Below, one piece after another: positions 24,145 to 33,505 of a stretch of 64,000 bases of DNA. The stretch spans positions 14,360 to 78,359 of the forward strand of contig CAYUAX010000002.1 in the NCBI GenBank assembly GCA_964442845.1, in the 5' to 3' direction. The number at the start of each line of letters is the position of its first letter. Position 1 is the first letter of the stretch. A program made the translations under genes and the position numbers. A model generated the notes under the pieces. It ran no database searches. It was not told the origin of the DNA and was given only the letters and a program-made list of their open reading frames with translations. The stretch comes from an uncultured Bifidobacteriaceae bacterium. Lineage in GTDB: Bacteria > Acidobacteriota > Vicinamibacteria > Vicinamibacterales > UBA2999.

Positions 24145-25281
24145 ATGGCGACTCGCCGTCACGTCCTGCACCTGGGTGCCGCCGCGCTCGCCGGCGGCCT
24201 GGTTTCGGCCCGGCACCCGCGTGGCCAGACGCCGCGTCGCCTGCTGCTGCTCGGCGGCACCGGTTTCCTCGGCCCGCAGCTGGTGCACGTCGCGCTGGCC
24301 CGCGGCTGGCAGGTGGCGATGCTCAATCGTGGCCGGCGTACGCCGTCCCAGCACGGCGGCGACTTCGCCAGGGTCGAGGCGCTGCGCGGCGACCGCTCGC
24401 AGCCGGATGCCTACACCGTGCTGAAGGGCCGTAGCTGGGACGCGGTGATCGACACCGCGACCAACCTGCAGTGGACGCGCGACGCCGTGGCGGCCCTGGG
24501 CAGCGCGACGGGCCGCTACGTCTACGTGTCGTCCACCGGCGTGTTCTGGCCGTACCGCACCGTCGAGATCGCCGAGGACGGGCCGGTGCCGCTCGTCGAC
24601 ACGCCGCCGCAGGAGCCGCCGACCTACGGCGTGCTCAAGGCGCGCAGCGAGCAACTGGTGCGCGACGGATGTCCGTCACGCGAGCTGGTCGTCCGCCCAG
24701 GCTACATCGTCGGGCCCGGCGACACCTCGGATCGCTTCACCTACTGGCCGGTGCGGATGGCCCGCGGCGGCGAGGTGCTGGTGCCGGGCCGGCGCACCGA
24801 CCGCGTGCAGTACGTCGACGTGCGCGACCTGTGCGAGTGGATGATTCGCCTGATCGACGACGACGCCACCGGCACCTTCAACGTCGTCGGCCCGGCGGCG
24901 CCGCAGACCCTGGCCGAGTTCATCGACGGGCTGCGCCCGCTGGCCCCGGCCGGCACCGTCACGACGTGGATCGAGGACTACGCCTGGCTCAAGGCCTACC
25001 CGCTGCGCCAGCCGCGTCCCGGCGAATCCGCCGGCCTCACCGAGGCGATCCCGTGGGTGATGGCCGAGGGCGACGAGCTGGGCCACATGCGCATCGACGC
25101 CCGCAAAGCGCGCGCCGCCGGGCTCTCGTACCGGCCGCTGCTGACCACGGCCCGCGACACGCTCGCCTGGCGCAGCTCGGATGCGGTGCCGGAGGCGCTG
25201 CGCACGCAGCCGCGCTACGTCCTCACCGCCGCGCAGGAGACGGCGCTGCTGGCGGCGTGGCGGTCGCGGACCGCGAAGTAG
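24145..25281 (+). CDS. NAD(P)-dependent epimerase/dehydratase-type SDR with a Tat-like signal
   Basis: MATRRHVLHLGAAALAG (twin-arginine motif), then LLLGGTGFLGPQLV (GxxGxxG Rossmann motif). Confidence 0.85.
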   Translation: MATRRHVLHLGAAALAGGLVSARHPRGQTPRRLLLLGGTGFLGPQLVHVALARGWQVAMLNRGRRTPSQHGGDFARVEALRGDRSQPDAYTVLKGRSWDAVIDTATNLQWTRDAVAALGSATGRYVYVSSTGVFWPYRTVEIAEDGPVPLVDTPPQEPPTYGVLKARSEQLVRDGCPSRELVVRPGYIVGPGDTSDRFTYWPVRMARGGEVLVPGRRTDRVQYVDVRDLCEWMIRLIDDDATGTFNVVGPAAPQTLAEFIDGLRPLAPAGTVTTWIEDYAWLKAYPLRQPRPGESAGLTEAIPWVMAEGDELGHMRIDARKARAAGLSYRPLLTTARDTLAWRSSDAVPEALRTQPRYVLTAAQETALLAAWRSRTAK

Positions 25282-25290
25282 CGCCGCCGC

Positions 25291-26349
25291 TCAGCGGGCC
25301 GTCCGCCGCCCGCCCTTCGCCTCTTCGGCGCGGGCCCCGGCGAGGATGCCTTCCATCGCGTAGTTGCCCTCGTGGCACGCGTATTCGTAGATCAGGGCGT
25401 CGGTCCGCTTGAGGCGGATCATGAACGTGTACGGCGTGGTCCACGTCGCCGCGTCTTCGACCGTGATCGCCCAGTGCAGGAAGTCGGGGCTGACGCGCGT
25501 GTAGCGCTCGGTGAGCTTGACCTCGGCGGTCGAGCCCTGGAAGCCGTTGACGAAGTTGGTGGTCTCGACGACCAGCGTGTCGCCGTCCCAGCGGCCGCGC
25601 GGATCGCCGTGCAGCTGGCGGACGGTGGCCGGCAGGTGCGGCTGGCCGCCCATCGGCACCACCCGGGCGTCGTGGATCATCTCCTGCAGCAGCACGACGG
25701 TCTGCGGCGACTGGACGATCTGGACGTAGCTGTTGTAGTTGGCGCCGGTGCGCGGCGCGCCGTAGGAGATGCAGCGCTCCGAGAGCGGCCGATCCTCGGG
25801 GCCGTCGGCCGGACCGCGGGTGCGCACCGCGGTGCGGGCCGCCTCGCGGCGCGCCTCGGCCGCGGCGGTGAGCGGCGGGAACTGGCCGTCGGGCGGGTCG
25901 ACGATGAGCGACGTGCGGGTGTCCCACTCGCGATCGGCCATCCAGAACTGGTTGTAGTTGCCGGTGGTCGGGTCGTAGGAGACCTGCGCGTACTCGCCGC
26001 GATCGCGGGCGTCGAGCAGCTGCTGGACGAAGTTGCCGAAGATGGCGTCGCCGCCCTGATCGACCGAGCGCGCCGCCAGCTGCTTCAGCTCGTCGAGTTC
26101 GGCCTCGGTGAGCAGCGCCTTGTCCTTCCACTGGCGCGGCCGGGCCATCGGCGTGACGCTGTTGTTGCCCCACACGCCCTGCAGATCGGGATGGCCGTCG
26201 GCGGTGCGGGGCACCGTCCAGCCCGCCGGGGCCGGCGACAGCGCCGACAGGTCGGCGGCCGGGGCCGGGGCCTGCGCGCCGAGCGAGACGACGACCAGCG
26301 AGCCGGCGACCACGACGACGGGTGCGAGTGCCGCGACCAGGTGTCTCAT
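25291..26349 (-). CDS. secreted protein of unknown function (paralogue of 26921..27727)
   Basis: Signal peptide, then TADGHPDLQGVWGN, GRWDGDTLVVETTNF and EYACHEGNY. The same motif order occurs in the smaller paralogue. Confidence 0.75.
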   Translation of the reverse strand: MRHLVAALAPVVVVAGSLVVVSLGAQAPAPAADLSALSPAPAGWTVPRTADGHPDLQGVWGNNSVTPMARPRQWKDKALLTEAELDELKQLAARSVDQGGDAIFGNFVQQLLDARDRGEYAQVSYDPTTGNYNQFWMADREWDTRTSLIVDPPDGQFPPLTAAAEARREAARTAVRTRGPADGPEDRPLSERCISYGAPRTGANYNSYVQIVQSPQTVVLLQEMIHDARVVPMGGQPHLPATVRQLHGDPRGRWDGDTLVVETTNFVNGFQGSTAEVKLTERYTRVSPDFLHWAITVEDAATWTTPYTFMIRLKRTDALIYEYACHEGNYAMEGILAGARAEEAKGGRRTAR

Positions 26350-26468
26350 GCGGCGTAGTGTCGCTCAAGCCCCGCGCGGCGTCCAGGGGCGCCGGCGACC
26401 GGCAGTGCTATGCTCCCCCCGCCCGGGCGGGGCGGTCGAGCCGACCCGGCGCGACGAGGAGATGAGCG

Positions 26469-26918
26469 ATGTCTGGACGAGTCTGGATCGCCGGCGCCGC
26501 GGCGCTGATCCTGTCGGCAGGCGGCGGGGTGCTGGCCCACCACGCCTTTTCCGCCGAGTTCGACGCCAACGCGCCGGTGACCCTGCGCGGCCCGGTCACC
26601 AAGGTCGAGTGGATCAACCCGCACGCCTGGATCCACATCGACGTCACCACCGCCAAGGGCACCCACGAGACGTGGATGGTCGAGGGCGGCACCCCCAACA
26701 CGCTGCAGCGCGTCGGCATCAGCCGCGACTCGATCAAGATCGGCACCGTCATCGTCGTCGCCGGCTACAAGGCCAAGGACGGCCGGCTGCGCGCCAACGG
26801 CCGCGACATCACCCTGCCCGACGGCCGGACGCTGTTCATGGGCTCGTCGGGCACCGGGGCGCCGCGCGATGGCCGCGATCCCAACGAGCGGCCGCAGCCC
26901 AAGAAGCCGGGAGCGTAG
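26469..26918 (+). CDS. DUF6152-like small secreted protein
   Basis: Signal peptide ...GGGVLA followed by HHAFSAEFDANAPVTLRGPVTKVEWINPHAWIHIDV, which is the pattern I associate with DUF6152. ATG checked at 26469. Confidence 0.7.
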   Translation: MSGRVWIAGAAALILSAGGGVLAHHAFSAEFDANAPVTLRGPVTKVEWINPHAWIHIDVTTAKGTHETWMVEGGTPNTLQRVGISRDSIKIGTVIVVAGYKAKDGRLRANGRDITLPDGRTLFMGSSGTGAPRDGRDPNERPQPKKPGA

Positions 26919-26920
26919 AC

Positions 26921-27727
26921 GTGATCGCACGACTGGCGATCGCGCTGCTCGTCGCGGCGGGGCTGTCCGCCGCCTGCTCCGCCCCCCCGACACCGGCGCC
27001 GTATCGCGCGCCGCGCACGGCCGACGGCACGCCGGATCTGAGCGGCATCTGGCAGGCGCTCAACACCGCCAACTGGAACCTCGAGACCCACGTCGCCCGG
27101 CCCGGCCCCGTGTTCTCGCTGGGCGCCGCGTTCAGCGTGCCGCCCGGGGTCGGCGTCGTCGACGGCGGCGAGATCCCCTATCTGCCGGCGGCGCTCGAGA
27201 AGCGCACCGCCAACGCCGCCAGCTGGGCGGCGCTCGATCCCGAAGTGAAGTGCTACATGCCGGGGATCCCGCGCGCCACCTACATGCCGTACCCCTTCCA
27301 GATCGTGCAATCGGGCGCCAACGTCCTGATGACCTACGAGTTCGCCAGCGCCAGCCGCGTGATCCGCATGAACAGCCAGGAGAAGAGCCCCGCGCCGGCG
27401 TGGATGGGCTGGTCGATCGGCCGCTGGGACGGCGAGACGCTCGTCGTCGAGGTGACCGACCACATGGAGGAGACGTGGTTCGATCGCGCCGGCAACCACC
27501 ACAGCGACGCGCTGAAGGTGACCGAGCGCTACACCGCCATCGACGCCAACACGCTGCAGTACGCGGCGACGATCGAGGATGCGAAGGTGTTCGCGCGGCC
27601 GTGGACGATCAGCATGCCGCTCCACCGGCGGCGCGAAGCGAACATGCAGCTGATGGAATACAAGTGCGTGGAGTTCACCGAGGAACTGCTCTACGGCCAC
27701 TTGCGCAAGCAGCCGCGGCCGCGCTGA
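26921..27727 (+). CDS. secreted/lipoprotein-like protein of unknown function (paralogue of 25291..26349)
   Basis: GTG checked at 26921, 2 nt after the DUF6152 stop, in frame with the tail of track ORF 26108..27727. LVAAGLSAACS, then TADGTPDLSGIWQA, GRWDGETLVVEVTDH and EYKCVEFTEE. Confidence 0.75.
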   Translation: MIARLAIALLVAAGLSAACSAPPTPAPYRAPRTADGTPDLSGIWQALNTANWNLETHVARPGPVFSLGAAFSVPPGVGVVDGGEIPYLPAALEKRTANAASWAALDPEVKCYMPGIPRATYMPYPFQIVQSGANVLMTYEFASASRVIRMNSQEKSPAPAWMGWSIGRWDGETLVVEVTDHMEETWFDRAGNHHSDALKVTERYTAIDANTLQYAATIEDAKVFARPWTISMPLHRRREANMQLMEYKCVEFTEELLYGHLRKQPRPR

Positions 27728-27739
27728 CGGCGGCCGGCG

Positions 27740-28234
27740 TCAGCTCTGGATTCTCGCCAGGTCGGCGCGCGCCTCGGCACGCGCCCGGTTGGCTTCGGCG
27801 ACCCCGTCCAGATCGGGCTTGAACTCGACGATCGCCGCCGGCAGCGCCTTGCCTTCGGTCAGCACGCGGTGCTTCAGCACCATGAACGGGATCGCGGTGT
27901 TCTTCGCGGCGTAGGCCACCGTCATGAACTGATAGGCGTTGGCGAAGCCCTCGGCGGCCTTGCGCACGTCGGCGCCGCGGTTGAGCAGGAGCCGCGCCTG
28001 CCGCTGCACCGGCGCCGCCGATGCGGTCGGGACGCGCTCGAGCCGGCCGGTGCCGCGGATCACGACCGGCGCGGATGTCGACGCGGTGACCGTCGGAGTC
28101 GCGACGGCCGCGGGGCGAGCCGCCGAGGGCGTCGCAGCCTCGCGGCTCTTGCCGACCAGGGGTCCCACCGCCAGGCCGACGGCGAATGCGGCCACGACGC
28201 CGAGGTAGGTCACGGATGCTCGCGTGAAGGTCAC
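27740..28234 (-). CDS. hypothetical membrane-anchored protein
   Basis: The GTG at 28234 is preceded by GGAGG with a 7-nt spacer. N-terminal helix VTYLGVVAAFAVGLAVGPLVG, an Ala/Pro/Thr linker, and a ~90-aa conserved-looking C-terminal domain. The track ORF starts at a GTG at 28249. Confidence 0.6.
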   Translation of the reverse strand: MTFTRASVTYLGVVAAFAVGLAVGPLVGKSREAATPSAARPAAVATPTVTASTSAPVVIRGTGRLERVPTASAAPVQRQARLLLNRGADVRKAAEGFANAYQFMTVAYAAKNTAIPFMVLKHRVLTEGKALPAAIVEFKPDLDGVAEANRARAEARADLARIQS

Positions 28235-28613
28235 GGCTTCACCTCCCACGCGGCCTGGAAGTGCAAGATACGTGACAACCCGGAATTGCGCGGATTGACC
28301 ACTGATTTCCGTGCCGGGTCTGCCGCGAAGGTGGGATCTACCGTGTAGGTCCTTCCCGGCGCCTCATGGCTGAGCTGGGGACCATGGGCCGGGGCACGAC
28401 GGCCGGAGGGGGGCCAGGCCGCCGCCCGCGCCGTGGCCCGTCCTGCTACATCCGCGCCGCGATTCCACCGATATGTCGTGCTGGAGCCTCGCCCGCGACC
28501 GTGCACGGACTGCCCGTCGCTTCGGTGGATTGCGCACTCTGGCGGCCCGTCCCGCCGTCACGGCCGCGGTGTCTCCGCGCCCGTCGCGCGGCCGCTCTCG
28601 GCGGGATGCCCCG

Positions 28614-31070
28614 ATGACCAAACCCAAGGTGCCGCCCGTCGAGCTGCCGTGGCACGTGCGGCTCGAGGCCCGGGTCGCCTCGGCGCTCGGCCTGCTGGTG
28701 GCCGTGGCCCTGGGAGCGGTGCTGCTGGTGACCGCCGGCGTGGTCTCGGCGCAGTCGCGCGACCGCGTCGCCGCCGACCTCGAAGTGGCCCGCACCGCCA
28801 TCTACGCGCTGCTCGATCAGCGCCTCGACGCGGCGATCGACGAAGCTGATCTCGTCACCCAGCTGCCGACGTTCCGCGCCCAGCTCGCCGGCGGCCTGCG
28901 CGACCGCGCCGCGCTCGACGCGATGAGCGAGCGGCACCGCCGGCAGCTGGAAGCCGACTTCACGATCGTCGCCGCAGCCGACGGCTCGTGGCTCGGCACG
29001 GCGGGCTGGGCCGACACCTCGGGAGGCGGCCGCAACGTCGTCCGCGATGCCCAGCATGCCGCCCGCGGCGGCCGCGCCGCCGGCGCGCTGGTGCCGGATG
29101 GGGCGCGCCTCTTCCTCGCCGTCTCGGTGCCGGCGCGCGACGCCGACGCGGTCGTCGGCACGCTGACCTCCGGCTACCTGCTCACCGACGAGATGACCGC
29201 GGAGCTGGCCGCCCTGGCGCGCTGCGACGTGGCGCTGGTCGTCAACGGCCAGGTCGTGGCCACCAGCCTGGCGTCGGGCGTCGGGCGCGACGACGAGGCG
29301 CTGCGCCTGGCGACCATGGCCGCGCCCGGCCTGAAGCCCGACGTCCTCGAGATGGCCGGCCGCCAGTACATCGCCGCGGTGTTCCCGCTGATGCCCGACG
29401 TACCGGGCGGCGACGCCGGCCGCCTGCTGGTCCTGTCGGACTGGGCGCTGACGCAGCAGTTCATCGACACCCTGCGGACGCGGTTCGCGCTGGCGGGAAT
29501 CGCCGCACTGGCGCTGTCGCTGGTCGGCGGCGTGTTCCTCAGCCGTCACCTCAGCCGGCCGCTGCGCGACATCGCCACCGCGGCCGAGCAGATCGCCGCC
29601 GGCAACCTCTCGTTGCAGCTGCCGGTGCGCGGCACCGCCGAGGCGGCGACGGTGGCCCGGGCGTTCAACGCGATGAGCGTCAGCCTGCGGTCGGCGCACG
29701 AACGGCTGGTCCACGACGCCATCCACGATCACCTGACGCAGCTGCCCAACCGGGCGCTGTTCCGCGAGCGGCTCGATCGGGCGCTGGCCCGCCGCGTCCG
29801 CCACCCCAAGTACCAGTTCGCGGTGCTGTTCGTCGATCTCGACCGCTTCAAACACGTCAACGACAGCCTCGGCCACACCGCCGGCGATCGGCTGCTGGTG
29901 ATGTTCGGCGAACGGCTGGCCGCCGCCGTCCGCAGCGACGACGTGGTGTCGCGCATGTCCGAGGCGTCGTCGTCACCGGAGCCGACGCTGGCCCGGCTCG
30001 GCGGCGACGAGTTCGCCGTGCTGCTCGACGGCATCCGCGAGCCGCTCGACGCCGTGCGCGTCGCCAAGCGGGTGCAGCAGATGGCGATGTTGCCGCTGCC
30101 GGTCGACGGCCAGGACGTCTTCACCAGCGCCAGCATCGGCGTGGCCGTCGCCTCCGACGCCCACACCTCGGGCGAGGACATCATCCGCGACGCCGACCTG
30201 GCGATGTACCGGGCGAAGAACGCCGGCGGCGGCGGCTACTCGGTGTTCGACGCCGCGCTGCACGACGCCGCCGTGCGCCGCCTGCGGCTCGAGACCGACC
30301 TGCGCCGGGCCGTCGAGCGCGAGGAGTTCCGCGTCTGGTACCAGCCGATCGTCGCGCTGACGACCCGGCAGGTCACCGGCGTCGAGGCGCTGGTGCGCTG
30401 GCAGCACCCCGAGCGCGGCCTGCTCGGCCCCGGCGAGTTCCTGGAAGTGGCGGAGGAAGTCGGCCTCATCGCCCAGATCGACGAATGGGTGCTCAAGGAG
30501 GCGTGCCTGCAGGCCCGCGAGTGGCTGCGCGTCGGCACCTTCACGGCGCATACGTCGGTGAGCGTCAACCTGTCGGCCAGGGCGTTCGCGCAGGAGACGC
30601 TGGTCAAGCACGTCGAGGCCATCCTGCGCGACACCGGCTGCCCGGCCTCCAGCCTGCGCCTCGAGATCACCGAGAGCGCGGCGATCAAGGACGCCGCCCG
30701 CGCCCGCGTCGTCCTCGCCAACCTGCGCAATCTCGGCGTGCGCATCAGCCTCGACGATTTCGGCACCGGCTACAGCTCGCTCAGCTACCTGCAGTCGCTG
30801 CCGCTCGACACCCTGAAGATCGATCGCTCGTTCGTCGCCGGCATCGGCACCGACGAGGACAAGGGCGAGATCATCAAGCTGATCGTCGGCCTGGCCCTCA
30901 CGCTCGGCCTCGAGATCGTCGCCGAGGGCATCGAGACGGCGGCGCACGTCGAGCACCTGCGCGCCCTCGGCTGCCAGTGCGGCCAGGGCTACTTCTTCGC
31001 CAAGCCGGCCGAGGCCGGCGTGCGGCCGGCGCAGACCGCCGCGGCGCGTGCCGCCCGGCTCGCCGTGTGA
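28614..31070 (+). CDS. membrane sensor HAMP-GGDEF-EAL protein (c-di-GMP turnover)
   Basis: ATG checked at 28614 (MTKPKVPPVE...). Two TM segments flank a ~280-aa sensor region. RLGGDEFAVLL (GGDEF). EALVRW, DDFGTGYSSLSYL and QGYFF (EAL). Confidence 0.93.
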   Translation: MTKPKVPPVELPWHVRLEARVASALGLLVAVALGAVLLVTAGVVSAQSRDRVAADLEVARTAIYALLDQRLDAAIDEADLVTQLPTFRAQLAGGLRDRAALDAMSERHRRQLEADFTIVAAADGSWLGTAGWADTSGGGRNVVRDAQHAARGGRAAGALVPDGARLFLAVSVPARDADAVVGTLTSGYLLTDEMTAELAALARCDVALVVNGQVVATSLASGVGRDDEALRLATMAAPGLKPDVLEMAGRQYIAAVFPLMPDVPGGDAGRLLVLSDWALTQQFIDTLRTRFALAGIAALALSLVGGVFLSRHLSRPLRDIATAAEQIAAGNLSLQLPVRGTAEAATVARAFNAMSVSLRSAHERLVHDAIHDHLTQLPNRALFRERLDRALARRVRHPKYQFAVLFVDLDRFKHVNDSLGHTAGDRLLVMFGERLAAAVRSDDVVSRMSEASSSPEPTLARLGGDEFAVLLDGIREPLDAVRVAKRVQQMAMLPLPVDGQDVFTSASIGVAVASDAHTSGEDIIRDADLAMYRAKNAGGGGYSVFDAALHDAAVRRLRLETDLRRAVEREEFRVWYQPIVALTTRQVTGVEALVRWQHPERGLLGPGEFLEVAEEVGLIAQIDEWVLKEACLQAREWLRVGTFTAHTSVSVNLSARAFAQETLVKHVEAILRDTGCPASSLRLEITESAAIKDAARARVVLANLRNLGVRISLDDFGTGYSSLSYLQSLPLDTLKIDRSFVAGIGTDEDKGEIIKLIVGLALTLGLEIVAEGIETAAHVEHLRALGCQCGQGYFFAKPAEAGVRPAQTAAARAARLAV

Positions 31071-31201
31071 CGCGACACTTCGGCGACAAACCGGAGACAT
31101 CTTCTTGCTTGACTCTCCGCCGCGCGCGGCTAGAGTCCGCCCTACGCGTGCGCCCGCCTGCGGTCGGGGTGGCGGTGTGCGCGCGCAAGGGGGCACACGG
31201 C

Positions 31202-32359
31202 ATGCGCATGGCGACCGCTCTTCTCATCACCGGCCTGGCGCTGGCGCCGGCGACGGCATCGGCCCAGGCCACTTCCAGCGCCGAGCCGTTCGCGGTCGGC
31301 ACCTTCGCGTTCAACGGCCGCGAGGGCCTCGGCCTCGTGCTGCGCCAGCAGCTCGTCGTCGAGCTCGAGGCCGCGAACCACAACCTGCAGCTCGAACCGG
31401 GCGTGGCGCGCATGACGATGCCCGAGGACATGCGGCAGCTGATCGGTCTCTACGAATACGGGCTCAAGAACCGCATCTACGAGATCGTCAACCACCTGGT
31501 GGCCACCAAGGCGCTCGACGGCCAGCGGCCCGGCTTCGTGCACCCGGTGAACGCCGTGCGGACGCTGGCGCCGATCCGCTACCCCGGCAAGATCCTCAAC
31601 GCCGCCGGCAACTTCTATACCCACACCTGCGAGGGCTGCACGCCGCAGCAGCAGGCCGAGAACGACAAGAAGATCCGCGCCAACCGCGGGGTCCCGTATC
31701 TGTTCCTCAAGCCGAGCGAAGGCGCGGTGATCGGCAACGGCCACGAGATCGTCATTCCGCCCGGCCGCGACCGCATCGACTGGGAGATCGAGTTCGGCAC
31801 GGTGATCGGCAAGCCGGCCCGCTACGTGTCGGCGAACCGCGCCCAGGACTACGTGTTCGGCTACACCGTGACCATCGACATGTCGGACCGCGGCGGCCGG
31901 CCGGGCACCCGATCGTCGGACTGGTTCGTCGGCAAGGGCCACGAGACGTTCGCGCCGATGGGGCCGTGGATCGTCCCCAAGGAGTTCTACGGCGACCCGA
32001 TGAAGCGGCTGCACCAGCAGCTGTCGATCGACGGCGTCAAGGTGCAGGAAGCCAAGGCCGGCGACATGATCCACAACATCTGGGAGCTGATCGAATACGG
32101 CTCGTCGATCATCACGCTGTATCCAGGTGACGTGATCAACAGCGGCACGACCGGCGGCACGTCGTCGGGCGCGTTCAAGCGCGGCACGCGTTCGGGGTAT
32201 CTCAAGCCCGGCGAGACGATCGAGGCGACCATCGAAGGCATCGGCACGCTGCGCCATCCGATCGTGGCCGGCAAGCCGCTGCCGACCGACCTCACCGGAT
32301 CGCAGCTCCCGGCGGTGGGCACCTATCGTCCCGCCGGCAGCCCGCCACCGCCGCAGTAG
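31202..32359 (+). CDS. fumarylacetoacetate hydrolase (FAH) family protein with signal peptide
   Basis: ATG checked at 31202 (MRMATALLITGLALAPATASAQ). FAH-like core ...YLFLKPSEGAVIGNGHEIVIPPG...DWEIEFGTVIGK...PGDVINSGT. Confidence 0.88.
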   Translation: MRMATALLITGLALAPATASAQATSSAEPFAVGTFAFNGREGLGLVLRQQLVVELEAANHNLQLEPGVARMTMPEDMRQLIGLYEYGLKNRIYEIVNHLVATKALDGQRPGFVHPVNAVRTLAPIRYPGKILNAAGNFYTHTCEGCTPQQQAENDKKIRANRGVPYLFLKPSEGAVIGNGHEIVIPPGRDRIDWEIEFGTVIGKPARYVSANRAQDYVFGYTVTIDMSDRGGRPGTRSSDWFVGKGHETFAPMGPWIVPKEFYGDPMKRLHQQLSIDGVKVQEAKAGDMIHNIWELIEYGSSIITLYPGDVINSGTTGGTSSGAFKRGTRSGYLKPGETIEATIEGIGTLRHPIVAGKPLPTDLTGSQLPAVGTYRPAGSPPPPQ

Positions 32360-32476
32360 GTTCGCGGCGCTCGTGTCGCGGCGGCGGGCCTGTGCGCAGG
32401 TCCGCCGCCTGGCCCGTCCATCACGCTGCGCCGGTGATAGGCTCCCCGGGGCCGATTCGAGGCCCGGGGGCGGACC

Positions 32477-33493
32477 ATGATCAGAGCGGCAGGGACGTTC
32501 GGCGCGATCGCGGCGGTGGTGCTCGGCACCGCGATCGCCGTCGCGCAACAGGCGGCGCCCGCCACGACGGCGCCGGTGCCGGCGGGCCTGCCCGACTGGG
32601 CCTACACGCCGCCCTTGCCGCCGGGATCGCCGCCGCCGCCCACGGCGCTGCCGGCCGACGACAGCGCAGTCGTGCGGATCGCCGGCACCGAGAAGACCAT
32701 GACGCGCGGCGCCCTGCGCGGTACCGCCGAGATCCCCGACTGGTATCCCGAAGATCGGAAGGGCACCGTGCCGGCGGTGGTGCGCAACGGCCGGGAGGGC
32801 GTCCGCGCCTGCGGGTTCTGCCATCTGGCCGACGGCAGCGGACGGCCCGAGAACGCGCCGGTCAACGGCTATTCGCCCACCTACTTCATCCAGCAGATGG
32901 CCGATTTCAAGAACGGCGTGCGCCGCAGCGCCGACCCGCGCAAGGCCAACACCAACATCATGATTGCGATCGCCAAGGCGGCGACGGCAGAGGAAGTGGA
33001 CGCCGCGGCCGCCTTCTTCGCGGCGCAGCCGTACCCGCGCCGGATCAAGGTCATCGAGTCGAAGACCGCGCCGAAGGTGCGCCTCCAGGGCGGCATGCAC
33101 ATGGCCGTGCCCGCCGCCGAGGGCGGCGGCACCGAGCCGATCGGCGACCGCATCGTCGAAGTGCCTGACGACAACCTGCGCGCCGAGGCGCGCGACACCC
33201 GTCTCGGCTGGACCGCCTACGTGCCGGTCGGCATGGTCGACCGCGGCCGGCAGCTCGCGGCGAAGCATCAGTGCGCGCTGTGCCACGGCGCCAAGCTCGA
33301 GGGCCTCGGCCCCGTGCCGGCCTTGGCCGGCCGCTCGCCCAGTTACACGATGCGCCAGCTGTTCGACATGAAGACCGGCGCGCGTCGCGGTCCGTGGGCG
33401 GCGCTGATGGCGCCGATCGTCGGCGCCATGTCGGTGCCGGAGATGGCGGCGGTCTCGGCCTATGCGGCCTCGCTGCCGCCGCCCGACCGCTAA
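32477..33493 (+). CDS. dihaem c-type cytochrome
   Basis: Signal peptide and two CxxCH motifs (CGFCH, CALCH). Confidence 0.85.
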   Translation: MIRAAGTFGAIAAVVLGTAIAVAQQAAPATTAPVPAGLPDWAYTPPLPPGSPPPPTALPADDSAVVRIAGTEKTMTRGALRGTAEIPDWYPEDRKGTVPAVVRNGREGVRACGFCHLADGSGRPENAPVNGYSPTYFIQQMADFKNGVRRSADPRKANTNIMIAIAKAATAEEVDAAAAFFAAQPYPRRIKVIESKTAPKVRLQGGMHMAVPAAEGGGTEPIGDRIVEVPDDNLRAEARDTRLGWTAYVPVGMVDRGRQLAAKHQCALCHGAKLEGLGPVPALAGRSPSYTMRQLFDMKTGARRGPWAALMAPIVGAMSVPEMAAVSAYAASLPPPDR

Positions 33494-33505
33494 CGCCGAC
33501 CGGCG

